From an uncultured Pseudobdellovibrionaceae bacterium (GTDB taxonomy: Bacteria; Pseudomonadota; Alphaproteobacteria; Micavibrionales; Micavibrionaceae): a stretch of 64,000 nucleotides of DNA. Within the stretch, counting starts at the first letter, position 1; each line of letters begins with the position of its first letter. The notes beneath the pieces are model-generated. The model searched no databases and was not told the DNA's origin. It saw only the letters and a program-made list of their open reading frames with translations. The stretch lies in assembly GCA_964648505.1 (NCBI GenBank), contig CAZYMI010000006.1:4223-68222 (forward strand), given 5' to 3'. A program made the position numbers and the translations under genes. Shown piece after piece: positions 19,451 to 29,052 of the stretch.

Positions 19451-21862
19451 CTAGGCTCTTAAAGACGCGCCTGTTTTAGCGACAACAGCATCTATGACCT
19501 GTTTTGAAAGCGCTTCAATTTCTGCGTCTGTTAATGTTTTTTCAATCGGCTGAACAGTCATTGTCAACGCGACTGATTTCTTTCCGATTTCAACGCCTTT
19601 GCCTTGATACACATCAAAAATTTGTGCGTCTAAAATAAGCGATTTATTTACAGCGCGCACAGTACGAACGATCTGATCGGCTTCAATATGCGCATCAACA
19701 ATAAAGGCAAAGTCACGGTTTAGAGGCTGCAAGGCATTTAATTTCAATGCTGGCCTTGAAGACCCCGACTTTTTTCTGACAACAGGTAAGCGGTCAAGAT
19801 AGATTTCAAAAGCTATTATCGTTTCTGAGGATTCAAGTGCTTTTGTTATCGTAGGGTAAAGTTCACCAAAATACCCTATAGCCACTTGCCCAAGTTTTAA
19901 GGTGCCTGATCGGCCGGGGTGATACCATTGCGGCCCTCCAGCTGAAATCTGAAGCGAAGAACTGCTCAGGCCGCACGCCTCAAGAACACAAAGCGCATCC
20001 GCCTTTGCGTCATAAGCATCAACCTGACGTGATGTATGCGCACCCGACCAATGCCGAGGGTTGTAATTGCCTGCACGAATGCCTGCAGCAATTGTGCGCT
20101 GACCATCGGGCTTATTGTGCTCAAAAGCAGGCCCCACTTCAAATAAAGCTGTTGCCCCATAGCCCCGCGCCGCATTTCGAGAAGCCGCATGAACAAGATT
20201 AGGCAATGGCGTTGGACGCATCTGGTCCATTTCTGCATTTATCGGATTAGCAATTTTTAAAGACGGGTGTCCTCCGCCAAACATTTTGGCCCAATCTTCG
20301 GGAACAAATGACCATGTTATACATTCCTGCAATCCACGCGCTGCCAGCGATATTCGTGTACGGCGGCCACGATCGCCCCCTATTGTTTCAGCACGATCAG
20401 CAATAACTTGCTGGTGTGGCAACGAAACTGTCGGAATATGATCAAATCCATCAATACGCAAAAGTTCTTCGACAATATCTGACGCGCCCTCCACATCACC
20501 GCGCCATGATGGTGGATGAATAAGCCAAGGAGAAGATTGATCATTCACCTGAAATGACAGGGCAGATAAAATCTGTTTTTGACGCATCTGATCCATTTTG
20601 CGCCCGCCGAGCGTCTCAACCCGATCAGGATGATAAAAAATTTCTTTTTGCCAGGCTGGGATACGGCCCGCTACAACAATCTCACTCGCTTCACCCGCAC
20701 AACATTCCAAAATCATCTGTGTTGCAATCTCAAGCCCTGGGATCGTGAATTCTGGATCAATCCCACGTTCAAAACGATAGCGCGCGTCAGAATCAATTTG
20801 CAAAGCCCGGCCCGCACGCGCCACACGCAAGGGGTCAAAATAAGCAGATTCAACAAAAACATTCGTCGTTTCTTCACTGCACCCCGTGCTTTCACCACCA
20901 ATAATACCACCCAGACCAAGAAGACCAGAAGCATCGCATATCGCAATCATCTGATCTGACACTGTATAATCCTTGCCGTTGAGCGCCTTAAAACTTTCAC
21001 CATTTTTTGCAAATCTTACTTCAATATTACCTTGAAGCTTGTCTGCATCAAAAACATGAAGAGGACGATTAAAACCAATCGTCATAAAGTTTGTAATATC
21101 AACGAGAGCTGAAATAGGCCGCAAGCCAATCGCTTTTAAACGATCTTGAAGCCATTGAGGCGACGGCCCATTTTTTACATTCTTGATAAGCCGGCCAGCA
21201 AAAATTGGGCAGGCCTTTGCATCATCCGATGAGAATTTCAGATTAACACCAATTGAAGATTTAAAAGATCCGCTTACTGAAGAAGAATTTAAAGGTTTCA
21301 AAACCCCAAGCCCTGCAGCTGCAAGATCACGCGCAACACCATAAACACCACATGCATCAGCACGATTAGGCGTAATAGCAATATCGATCACTGGATCATT
21401 AAGGCCATAAATATCAGCAAGTGGCGTCCCGAGGGGAATATTATCCGCTATCTCAATAATCCCATCAGGCAAGGTAATTGGCAAAGCCATTTCTGCTTCT
21501 GAAACCATCATGCCATTTGATTCCTGCCCGCGAATATTTCCTTTCTTAAGAACAGACCCTGTTGCTGGTACAACAGAACCTGCGGGTGCAAAAATACCCT
21601 TCATGCCAGCACGCGCGTTTGGCGCACCACAAACAACTTGCAATTTCTCAATCCCCGTATCCACGATGCAGACCTTCAAGCGGTCAGCATCGGGATGTTT
21701 TTCAGCTTTTTCAATATAGGCCACCTTAAAAGGGGCGTAAGTAGCTGCACGGTCTTGAATGCTTTCAACTTCAAGCCCAACTTTAACTAATCCCTCTGCA
21801 ATTTGCTGAAGGTCTGCCTTTGTATCCAAATATTCTTTAAGCCAGCTTAATGTAAATTTCAT
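19451..21862 (-). CDS. pheT: Phenylalanine--tRNA ligase beta subunit
   Basis: 803 aa starting MKFTLSWLKEYLD, with a tRNA-binding domain, B3/4, B5 and a C-terminal FDX-ACB domain. Confidence 0.95.
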   Translation of the reverse strand: MKFTLSWLKEYLDTKADLQQIAEGLVKVGLEVESIQDRAATYAPFKVAYIEKAEKHPDADRLKVCIVDTGIEKLQVVCGAPNARAGMKGIFAPAGSVVPATGSVLKKGNIRGQESNGMMVSEAEMALPITLPDGIIEIADNIPLGTPLADIYGLNDPVIDIAITPNRADACGVYGVARDLAAAGLGVLKPLNSSSVSGSFKSSIGVNLKFSSDDAKACPIFAGRLIKNVKNGPSPQWLQDRLKAIGLRPISALVDITNFMTIGFNRPLHVFDADKLQGNIEVRFAKNGESFKALNGKDYTVSDQMIAICDASGLLGLGGIIGGESTGCSEETTNVFVESAYFDPLRVARAGRALQIDSDARYRFERGIDPEFTIPGLEIATQMILECCAGEASEIVVAGRIPAWQKEIFYHPDRVETLGGRKMDQMRQKQILSALSFQVNDQSSPWLIHPPSWRGDVEGASDIVEELLRIDGFDHIPTVSLPHQQVIADRAETIGGDRGRRTRISLAARGLQECITWSFVPEDWAKMFGGGHPSLKIANPINAEMDQMRPTPLPNLVHAASRNAARGYGATALFEVGPAFEHNKPDGQRTIAAGIRAGNYNPRHWSGAHTSRQVDAYDAKADALCVLEACGLSSSSLQISAGGPQWYHPGRSGTLKLGQVAIGYFGELYPTITKALESSETIIAFEIYLDRLPVVRKKSGSSRPALKLNALQPLNRDFAFIVDAHIEADQIVRTVRAVNKSLILDAQIFDVYQGKGVEIGKKSVALTMTVQPIEKTLTDAEIEALSKQVIDAVVAKTGASLRA

Positions 21863-21916
21863 AGGGGTCCTTTTATAATTAAAGCCCCTTCAATTAAGCG
21901 GATTACAGCCTAAATA

Positions 21917-23305
21917 TCAAGCGCCGGGGACCGGGGCATCTCTTAAATCTGATGAAGAGGCTAAAGGCCGAATAAATTCTTGTTCGATCGCTTGGACATA
22001 GGGTTTTTGATATGCGTCTGCGTATATACGGCGTGCTGAACTGATATAGTTTCTGGCATAGATCTGCGCGTTACGATCATCGCTAAACTTTCCTTTTGCT
22101 AACGCTGATTCAACCGCCAGTGCAAATATTTCCGGATGCTTCATCGCCATTGAATATTGCAAATATATGTCATTGCAGATCACTGCGTTTTTTCCTGACA
22201 AGCCTGAAAAAATATGACGCAAGATAGGTATCTCGGAGGTGGCGCAGCGCATATCACGAAAAATACTATTGCGCTGCCTGATCTGACTTGAAGCTGGGAT
22301 GTCTTCAAATGAAGCGGCTTTATCCAAAACAGGGATGAATTTTATCATCTCTGGCGCGGCAACATCATACATTCTATGAACAGCACTATAAATACTTTGG
22401 GCATAACGATTAACTTCCCCCAATGTGGGTTGATCAGACAAAGCGCCAAGATCTGGTAAATGCACATCTTTAAAATCATATTTATCAAGGGCCCTGCTGG
22501 CAATGATATTGTCTACATACATCAAAATACGTGTGTCTCTTAATCTAACATTATGCCCTCTCAATCTGCGAACACTTCGGTCAGCTTCCATTTCATGCCA
22601 GACCGACTTTGTTAGAGGAGAAAACGAGGATTCATTTATACCACCTTGATGACAATGGCTCAGTTCATGAAGGAGTATTTCTGCTTTAAATGCTTTATTT
22701 TCATGGATATTGATTCTATATCTTGAGAGCGTGTTTTCTGTACCAAAATCTATAGCAGAGATTACGCATAGATCATCGCCGGGTCTTGCATTCGGTCCCA
22801 TCAAAAATGAAGCTGTAATTTGTTTTTGAATTTGATCCATGAATAGAGTGATTTCTGAATAATCCATTTTTTTGATCAAAGATGAAAATTCAGGAATCAC
22901 ATCTCTGGTGGCCCTAGCAGCATAAATTTTATTTAATTCTGAATCAGGACCTGTAAAAACTGCCGCCCCCCCTTCATCCACGTAACGTTGCCAGACATTA
23001 TTACTTAGAATTAGAACTGAACGATTTCCCGTTGCTTCCAGCACATCATTTTTTGAAATACCTAAATCTTGAAGAATGGCAGGTTCTACATAAACACTGC
23101 CTGTACCAGATGCCTGAGGCGGTAAGATCCCCAGACGCTCATTACTACGCGCATCGGATCTATCAAGCCTTTCAAAATAAGGGCTATGAGTTACCGATGG
23201 CGGATCAGGCAAGTCGTTACCCCTTGAATATATATCAAGGGCAACTGCGCCCAAAAACAAAGTTGCGAGCTTCCTTTTAAAATATCTGGGTCGAGAAGAG
23301 GCCAT
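21917..23305 (-). CDS. Hypothetical signal-anchored protein with an HExxH zinc-metallopeptidase-like motif
   Basis: 462 aa with N-terminal basic and hydrophobic segment RKLATLFLGAVALDI and a single HELSH motif (LLHELSHCHQG). No other family signature recognised. It lies between pheS and pheT. Confidence 0.68.
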   Translation of the reverse strand: MASSRPRYFKRKLATLFLGAVALDIYSRGNDLPDPPSVTHSPYFERLDRSDARSNERLGILPPQASGTGSVYVEPAILQDLGISKNDVLEATGNRSVLILSNNVWQRYVDEGGAAVFTGPDSELNKIYAARATRDVIPEFSSLIKKMDYSEITLFMDQIQKQITASFLMGPNARPGDDLCVISAIDFGTENTLSRYRINIHENKAFKAEILLHELSHCHQGGINESSFSPLTKSVWHEMEADRSVRRLRGHNVRLRDTRILMYVDNIIASRALDKYDFKDVHLPDLGALSDQPTLGEVNRYAQSIYSAVHRMYDVAAPEMIKFIPVLDKAASFEDIPASSQIRQRNSIFRDMRCATSEIPILRHIFSGLSGKNAVICNDIYLQYSMAMKHPEIFALAVESALAKGKFSDDRNAQIYARNYISSARRIYADAYQKPYVQAIEQEFIRPLASSSDLRDAPVPGA

Positions 23306-23343
23306 AGAATGACAATAACGAAAATAGTAATATTATGTCAATA

Positions 23344-23790
23344 TTAATGATCTAATGGCCAGGCATGTAAGCTAAAATCCAGCCTTACGCCCAAGGTTTT
23401 ATATAAGGTTTGAGCGGCCTGGTTATGGGCGTCTGTTAACCAATATATACGGTGCCAATGCTCCGCCTTACCCTTTTCCCCTAAGGCAAGCACCAATTCA
23501 CGCGCAATGCCTTTACGCCGCATTTGAGGATCAACGAATAAATCCTGCATATAGCATACAGGCTGCAACGCCCCTGTCACATGATGAATAACGGCATGCA
23601 AAAACCCCACCATTTTGCCGTTTGAAAAAGCAGCCAGAGATTTAAAGGTGCCCTCAGGGTCATGTAAACGCTTCCAGGTTTCCTGCGTAATCACAAGCGA
23701 TACATTGCCCGCATTATTCGCAACCCAAAGCCTGTACCAGTCCTGATAGTCGGACATTTTAAGTGGTCTAATCTCAAGATCCAAAAGCAT
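23344..23790 (-). CDS. GNAT-family N-acetyltransferase
   Basis: 148 aa. Acetyl-CoA motif A: FVDPQMRRKGIARELV. C-terminal N..A..LY..LG pattern (HNQAAQTLYKTLGV). It starts 5 nt after the pheS stop. Confidence 0.85.
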   Translation of the reverse strand: MLLDLEIRPLKMSDYQDWYRLWVANNAGNVSLVITQETWKRLHDPEGTFKSLAAFSNGKMVGFLHAVIHHVTGALQPVCYMQDLFVDPQMRRKGIARELVLALGEKGKAEHWHRIYWLTDAHNQAAQTLYKTLGVRLDFSLHAWPLDH

Positions 23791-23795
23791 TCTTA

Positions 23796-24887
23796 CTATT
23801 CGTCCTGCACGCCGGTGGCGCGATTAGGACGATCAAGTGGAGAAAAACCATAGTGAGACAACCAACGTACATCGCTTTCAAAAAAAGTGCGCAAATCTGG
23901 AATGCCATATTTAAGCATTGTGATTCTTTCAACACCCATACCAAAAGCAAAGCCTTGATATTCATTAGGGTCAAGGCCGCAATTTCTGATCACATTAGGA
24001 TGAACCATACCTGACCCCAAAATCTCGAGCCAGTCTTTACCATGACCAATTTTAAGAGTGCCGCCTTCACGCGTACAGCCAATGTCGACTTCGGCTGAAG
24101 GTTCTGTGAAGGGAAAAAACGAAGGACGAAAACGAACTGGCAAATCATCAACACCAAAATAAGCGCGGCAAAAATCAACCAGACACCCTTTTAAATGAGC
24201 CATCGTGATATTTTTATCAATGACCATACCTTCCATTTGATGGAACATAGGCGTGTGCGTCATATCGTAATCAGACCTGTATGTGCGCCCCATGCATATC
24301 ATGCGGAAAGGCGGCTTATGGGTCAGCATATGACGAATCTGAACAGTTGATGTATGTGTACGCAGTAATTTGCGCTTATAATCACCTTCAGCATCCGGAT
24401 CATCGGGCATATAAAATGTATCGTGCATTTCGCGTGCAGGGTGACCGGGCGGGAAATTTAAGGCTGTAAAATTGTGAAAATCATCTTCAATATCCGGCCC
24501 TTCAGCAACCGTGAACCCCATCTGTGCGAAAATGGACACAAGTTCATCCATGGTTTGCGAAATAGGATGTATTGTGCCCCGACGTTCAGGGCGCGGCGAT
24601 AGGCTTATATCAATTGTTTCTTGGGCAAGCCTGTCTTTAAGGGCCTGTGCCTGCAACGCTTCGGACTGCCTATTGATAAGCGTTTCAATTTCATCTTTAA
24701 GGCGATTAAGCTCCTGCCCCTGAGATTTACGCTCATCAGGTGTTAAACTGCCAAGGGTTTTCATCAAATCAGTGATACGCCCTTTTTTTCCAAGCGCTGT
24801 AACGCGCGCAGCTTCAAGCGTATTTAAATCGCCTGCGGTATTTACAAGGGTAATCAATTCATCTTTAAGGGCATTAATGCTTGTCAT
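23796..24887 (-). CDS. pheS: Phenylalanine--tRNA ligase alpha subunit
   Basis: Class II aaRS motifs ([30 protein letters not shown]). Confidence 0.95.
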   Translation of the reverse strand: MTSINALKDELITLVNTAGDLNTLEAARVTALGKKGRITDLMKTLGSLTPDERKSQGQELNRLKDEIETLINRQSEALQAQALKDRLAQETIDISLSPRPERRGTIHPISQTMDELVSIFAQMGFTVAEGPDIEDDFHNFTALNFPPGHPAREMHDTFYMPDDPDAEGDYKRKLLRTHTSTVQIRHMLTHKPPFRMICMGRTYRSDYDMTHTPMFHQMEGMVIDKNITMAHLKGCLVDFCRAYFGVDDLPVRFRPSFFPFTEPSAEVDIGCTREGGTLKIGHGKDWLEILGSGMVHPNVIRNCGLDPNEYQGFAFGMGVERITMLKYGIPDLRTFFESDVRWLSHYGFSPLDRPNRATGVQDE

Positions 24888-24925
24888 AGAATGCTTTTAC
24901 CACTGAATGACAATCGTTAAAAGTG

Positions 24926-24950
24926 GCCGTGAACGAATAAAAAAGCGGCC
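24926..24950 (-). terminator. Rho-independent terminator between the rplT/small-ORF unit and pheS
   Basis: The minus strand reads CGGCCTGTCGGGCCG followed by CTTTTTTATT. Confidence 0.6.
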
Positions 24951-24968
24951 CGACAGGCCGATTAAAAA

Positions 24969-25148
24969 TTAGCCTTGTGTAAACCTCAGCCCAAGTTTTG
25001 TTCTCAGGCCCCGAAGTGTCAGAAGACCCATTGTTTCCCAGACACGATCTTCTATTTCCATGCGATGTAGATATTTATCACGAGGAGTGACTGCGCCATC
25101 AAAAACACTGAAAATACTTGGTTTATTTTCTGGTTTTGGCTTGGACAT
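24969..25148 (-). CDS. Small hypothetical protein (59 aa) tightly following rplT
   Basis: MSKPKPENKPSIFSVFDGAVTPRDKYLHRMEIEDRVWETMGLLTLRGLRTKLGLRFTQG. Its ATG lies 1 nt after the rplT stop. The ORF-track version (81 aa) overlaps rplT and is probably too long. Confidence 0.4.
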   Translation of the reverse strand: MSKPKPENKPSIFSVFDGAVTPRDKYLHRMEIEDRVWETMGLLTLRGLRTKLGLRFTQG

Positions 25149-25149
25149 T

Positions 25150-25518
25150 TTAAGCTGCCTTTTTTGATAAAGCTGTTTTTGCCTGGTCAACGATTGATTT
25201 AAACACGTCAGCATCGTGATAAGCCATTTCAGCTAAAACTTTGCGATCTAAATCAAAACCAGCCAAACCAAGGCCATTCATAAATTGCGAATAGGTCATA
25301 CCATATTCCCGAACAGCGGCGTTGATACGCTGGATCCATAAAGCGCGGAAATTGCGTTTTTTCGCGCGGCGATCGCGGTAAGCATATTGCAACGCTTTTT
25401 CGACGCGCTGCAGCGCAGGGCGATGACAATTACCGGAACGGCCAACATAGCCTTTTGCCAGCTTAATAATCTTACGTTTTCTTGCGTGGGCGCGGGGGCC
25501 ACCTTTTGTGCGTGCCAT
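25150..25518 (-). CDS. rplT: 50S ribosomal protein L20
   Basis: [24 protein letters not shown]...[14 protein letters not shown]. Confidence 0.95.
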   Translation of the reverse strand: MARTKGGPRAHARKRKIIKLAKGYVGRSGNCHRPALQRVEKALQYAYRDRRAKKRNFRALWIQRINAAVREYGMTYSQFMNGLGLAGFDLDRKVLAEMAYHDADVFKSIVDQAKTALSKKAA

Positions 25519-25530
25519 GATGAACTCTCC

Positions 25531-25830
25531 TTACGCTTTCTGAGATGCTTTTTTAGGTGCTTTAACAGCAACACTTGCTGATTTAAGCGCGGGATTTGTG
25601 ATTTTCTTTGCCTTAACCCGCTTAATTTTGCGTGAGTACGGCATGAAGTTATCGCGAATGATTTTCGCATCACATTCAGCCAAGATCATGGATCCACGCG
25701 TTTTACGTTTCATGCTGTTTGGCTTGTTCATCATCATGTGACGGGATTTGGCTGCTTTCGCTTTAACCTTACCGCCAGCATTAACACGGAAGCGCTTTTT
25801 AGCGCCCGATTTCGTTTTCATTTTCGACAT
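25531..25830 (-). CDS. rpmI: 50S ribosomal protein L35 with a Lys/Ala-rich C-terminal extension
   Basis: MSKMKTKSGAKKRFRVNAGGKVK...SRHMM is the L35 core. It then continues about 30 aa further (RKIKRVKAKKITNPALKSASVAVKAPKKASQKA). Confidence 0.9.
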   Translation of the reverse strand: MSKMKTKSGAKKRFRVNAGGKVKAKAAKSRHMMMNKPNSMKRKTRGSMILAECDAKIIRDNFMPYSRKIKRVKAKKITNPALKSASVAVKAPKKASQKA

Positions 25831-26109
25831 TTGGTCCTCTGAGGGTTAGATTTTATATACGCAGAACAAGGCATGTCGATGCGCCCGTCTGCTACAGCAA
25901 GGGGTTATAACGCCACATCCCTTTTGAAATCAAGTGAAATTAGCGCTTTTGATAAAAATCATCTTTTTAAAGTCAAAAATATCCCGAAAACCCTACCCTT
26001 AAAGAGCTTATCTTTTAAAAATCCCGCGTTTAAAGGTCTGACCTATTTTAAAAACAGACCTTATAAAAAATACATCTTGAATTGAAAAGTTTATAAATTA
26101 TGTAAAATG

Positions 26110-26526
26110 CTATAAAGAACGCTCTGTCTCATTCAAAGTAGCTGCGCTCATCACCTGCCACTTTCCATGACTATCAAGAACAACGCGGAACAGAATAATT
26201 GATTTCTTTCCATTAACATCCTGAACCTCAACTCTGTGAATGATAGAATTTTCTGATCGTGTACTGCCCAAAAGCCTGACTGCAATATGGCTGTATAAAG
26301 GATGGTCTTTAAATCTTATGTCACGCAAATAGGCTTTTGCGTCTGCAAATTTCTTTTGAAAGGACGGCGCAATCAAAGAAAAAGCAAGGGCTGCATCACG
26401 ATTTCTGACCGCCTCAAGCTGTTCTTGCACCACTAAAAATGACGGATCATTAACGGGTGCGTTCTGCGCATAAGCAGGAGCAAATAAAAAACCCGCCATC
26501 AAAAAAGCAACAAAAAGCACACGCAT
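26110..26526 (-). CDS. Secreted DUF4864-like (NTF2-fold) protein
   Basis: Signal peptide MRVLFVAFLMAGFLFAPAYA. The body pattern (VRNRDAALAFSLIAPSFQKKF...HRVEVQDVNGK...VVLDSHGKWQV) is typical of DUF4864. Confidence 0.7.
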   Translation of the reverse strand: MRVLFVAFLMAGFLFAPAYAQNAPVNDPSFLVVQEQLEAVRNRDAALAFSLIAPSFQKKFADAKAYLRDIRFKDHPLYSHIAVRLLGSTRSENSIIHRVEVQDVNGKKSIILFRVVLDSHGKWQVMSAATLNETERSL

Positions 26527-26584
26527 AAAAAAACTATACCAAAAAGGCCTTAAATCAGCCTTAACACACCTTCCTGGTTTTTAA

Positions 26585-27331
26585 TTACGGAGATTTTTTT
26601 ACAGGCTGCGGGATAAGTTTTTGCGGTGTTGAAGAAGGGGTAGGGGCAGCTTCTTTTTTAAGGTCTGCATCAGCTTTAGCGTCTGCTTTTTGAGAATCAA
26701 CCTGCGCATCTGGCTTATCCCCCGTTTTATCGTCTACATTTTCTTCGGTTTTCGGAGGTGCCGCAGCCGCAGCTTCTTTATCAATATCTGCTTGAGACGG
26801 TAAGGCTGCAGGGCTGTCAGATAATGTACGAAGCCATGCGATCAGAGCGGCACGATCCTCAGGCTTTTTCACCCCAATAAAACTCATTTTTGTGCCCGGG
26901 GCATAGTCCTTTGGCTTCCATAAGAAGTGATTAAGATCATCATATGTCCAAGTGCCATTACCAACTTTAATAAGCTCACCTGAATAGGCAAACCCTGCGA
27001 TATGATGCTTTTTGTTCCCTACAATGTTCCACAAATTAGGTCCAACACCGTCAGCGCCGCCCTTGTCAAAGCTATGACAAGCCGTGCAAACTTTATGCAC
27101 TTTCTCGCCTTTTGCTGTATCGGCGGTTGCCAGAAGTGCCAAAATTGGCTCAGGCGCAGCGACTGCTGCCCCCCCGCCAGATACAGGGCCTGCTGCTGCC
27201 TCAACGCTCACAGCATCCTGTTCCATATGCTCTGGGGCAACAAGCGTTCTTGCAACAAAGCCACATAACATAGCAACGATACCTGCCACCAAGATAGCAG
27301 CAAAGATTTTATTATTCTCAAGATTGTTCAT
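26585..27331 (-). CDS. Membrane-anchored class I cytochrome c (CycM-like) with a charged Lys/Ala/Pro-rich tail
   Basis: N-terminal TM helix, heme motif CTACHSF, distal Met region GTKMSF. Divergent arrangement with pheA. Confidence 0.85.
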   Translation of the reverse strand: MNNLENNKIFAAILVAGIVAMLCGFVARTLVAPEHMEQDAVSVEAAAGPVSGGGAAVAAPEPILALLATADTAKGEKVHKVCTACHSFDKGGADGVGPNLWNIVGNKKHHIAGFAYSGELIKVGNGTWTYDDLNHFLWKPKDYAPGTKMSFIGVKKPEDRAALIAWLRTLSDSPAALPSQADIDKEAAAAAPPKTEENVDDKTGDKPDAQVDSQKADAKADADLKKEAAPTPSSTPQKLIPQPVKKSP

Positions 27332-27432
27332 TGAAAGACGAGCCTGTATTTCTTATGGTGATTAAAGCTTGAAGCTGTCATAGCTTTATAGCCAATTTTG
27401 ATCAATCCTGAAATAGATTGCGCACAAATACA

Positions 27433-28305
27433 ATGACAAAAATTCAACCAAATGACCCCCTGAACTGGGCTAAAACGATTAGTTTTGCCGGCGTGCATGG
27501 GGCTTTTGCCGATATTGCCTGCCGTACTGCCTGCCCGGGGCTTAAAACCATACCGTTTGAAACCTTTGAAGAGGCCGCAAACGCCCTTTCCCACAATAAG
27601 GCTGATCTGGCCATGATCCCGATTGACAATACCATCGCAGGACGGGTGGCCGATGTATACCATCTGATCCCACGCGCTGGGTTACATATTATAGGTGAGC
27701 ATTTCGAACCCATCCGAATGAGTCTACTGGCATTAAAAGGGACAAAGATATCGGCTGTGTCTGATGTCTATTCTTATATCCATGCCTTAACTCAATGCCG
27801 AAAATTCATCGCAGCTAAAAATCTGAAAGCGCATAACCACTATGACACAGCTGGTGCAGCTGCCGATATTAAAAGCTGGGGGGATCCCTCTAAAGCCGCG
27901 ATCGCTTCTAGTCTTGCAGGTGAGATTTATGGGCTCGATATTCTGGCAGAAAATATTCAAGATCAGGAAAATAATGTCACCCGCTTTTTAATGCTGGCGC
28001 CAAAACAAATTATACCAAACCTTCAAAGCACACCCGCAATGACAAGCTTGCTTTTTTCTGTGCGCAACATACCGGCTGCGCTGTATAAGGCATTAGGCGG
28101 CTTTGCAACAAACAATGTCCAGATCACAAAACTTGAAAGTTATTTTGACGATAGTTTCTCTGTTGCGCGTTTTTACATTGATGCCCAGGCACACATAGAA
28201 AGCATTGAAATGAAGCTCGCACTTGAGGAGCTGCGTTTTTTTGCAGCAGAACTCAGTGTGCTTGGCTGTTATCCTGCCCACCCCTTCCGTCTTCAGAAAG
28301 GTTAA
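27433..28305 (+). CDS. pheA: Prephenate dehydratase
   Basis: PDT domain (ISFAGVHGAFADIA, TRFLML) plus an ACT domain (SLLFSVRNIPAALYKALGGFA..NVQITKLES). Start moved to the ATG at 27433. Confidence 0.9.
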   Translation: MTKIQPNDPLNWAKTISFAGVHGAFADIACRTACPGLKTIPFETFEEAANALSHNKADLAMIPIDNTIAGRVADVYHLIPRAGLHIIGEHFEPIRMSLLALKGTKISAVSDVYSYIHALTQCRKFIAAKNLKAHNHYDTAGAAADIKSWGDPSKAAIASSLAGEIYGLDILAENIQDQENNVTRFLMLAPKQIIPNLQSTPAMTSLLFSVRNIPAALYKALGGFATNNVQITKLESYFDDSFSVARFYIDAQAHIESIEMKLALEELRFFAAELSVLGCYPAHPFRLQKG

Positions 28306-28308
28306 ATC

Positions 28309-28491
28309 ATGCCTATTACACATGCTGAACTTGCAGCGAGACTTTTACGTGATGCCGCAGAGTTTTTTATTTCAGTTGGTATTGAAAACCCCATTCTTAA
28401 AGAACAGATGGATGAAAACGCACGTGTATTTAATGGCGTCGCTGATATGGTCCAAACTGACCCAACGGGCGTTTTGCCTGATGAAGGCTAA
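28309..28491 (+). CDS. Small hypothetical protein (60 aa)
   Basis: The ATG is 3 nt after the pheA stop. The sequence is acidic and helical. No motif recognised. Confidence 0.4.
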   Translation: MPITHAELAARLLRDAAEFFISVGIENPILKEQMDENARVFNGVADMVQTDPTGVLPDEG

Positions 28492-28494
28492 AGA

Positions 28495-28839
28495 TTAAGA
28501 AACAACCAACTGCCTAAACCAGAAAAACACAGTCTGCAATAATCCACGCAAACCACGCGACCGACCATCGTAAATCCTGACGGTTTCTTCCTGGAACTGA
28601 TTACGAACCTGGCAATGCCAGCGTTTCTTGATTTCAACCCGGCTGACATCTGCGCGCTGCGCAAGATGATGGGCCATATTAAGGGCTTTCATCAAGTGAT
28701 CGGTTGTTGCCGACAAGGCCCATCTTTTATGGGCAAGTGCGTAATTTTTATCAGGCGGCGTGAAGGTATATATAGTGTAAAGAGTTGTCTGGAGAATATG
28801 GTTACGGCGCGTGTTCGCGGATGTCAGCATGGACATCAT
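28495..28839 (-). CDS. Hypothetical protein
   Basis: 114-aa ORF with AGGAAAGGG upstream of ATGATG. A competing plus-strand ORF at 28615-28929 has no Shine-Dalgarno sequence. Confidence 0.4.
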   Translation of the reverse strand: MMSMLTSANTRRNHILQTTLYTIYTFTPPDKNYALAHKRWALSATTDHLMKALNMAHHLAQRADVSRVEIKKRWHCQVRNQFQEETVRIYDGRSRGLRGLLQTVFFWFRQLVVS

Positions 28840-29052
28840 ACCCTTTCCTGTTATCCTTGGTTGAAAAATAATCAGACGTTTCTTTTCTTACTTAATACAT
28901 CTACACAAAATACTTTAAAAAAGTCTTAAAATATTCTTAATACCCTGAAATAAAACGATTTTAATACCACTTCATTTATTGAGTTTTCAGCAAAGCACAC
29001 GTACAATCATCTTATCGGTTTTCTCATTCACACCATCAAAAAAGTTTAAAAT

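Noticed and set aside
24969-25214. pheM-like Phe-rich leader peptide controlling pheST
   Set aside because: The peptide has only two Phe and no Phe run. The 81-aa track ORF overlaps rplT. I kept only a shorter 59-aa version, at low confidence.
26033-26062. Hairpin AAGGTCTG-14 nt-CAGACCTT as a terminator of the DUF4864 gene
   Set aside because: There is no U tract on either strand after the stem, and the loop is long. Too weak to call.
28615-28929. 104-aa plus-strand ORF
   Set aside because: It overlaps the minus-strand ORF at 28495-28839, which has a better ribosome-binding site. Neither is strongly supported.
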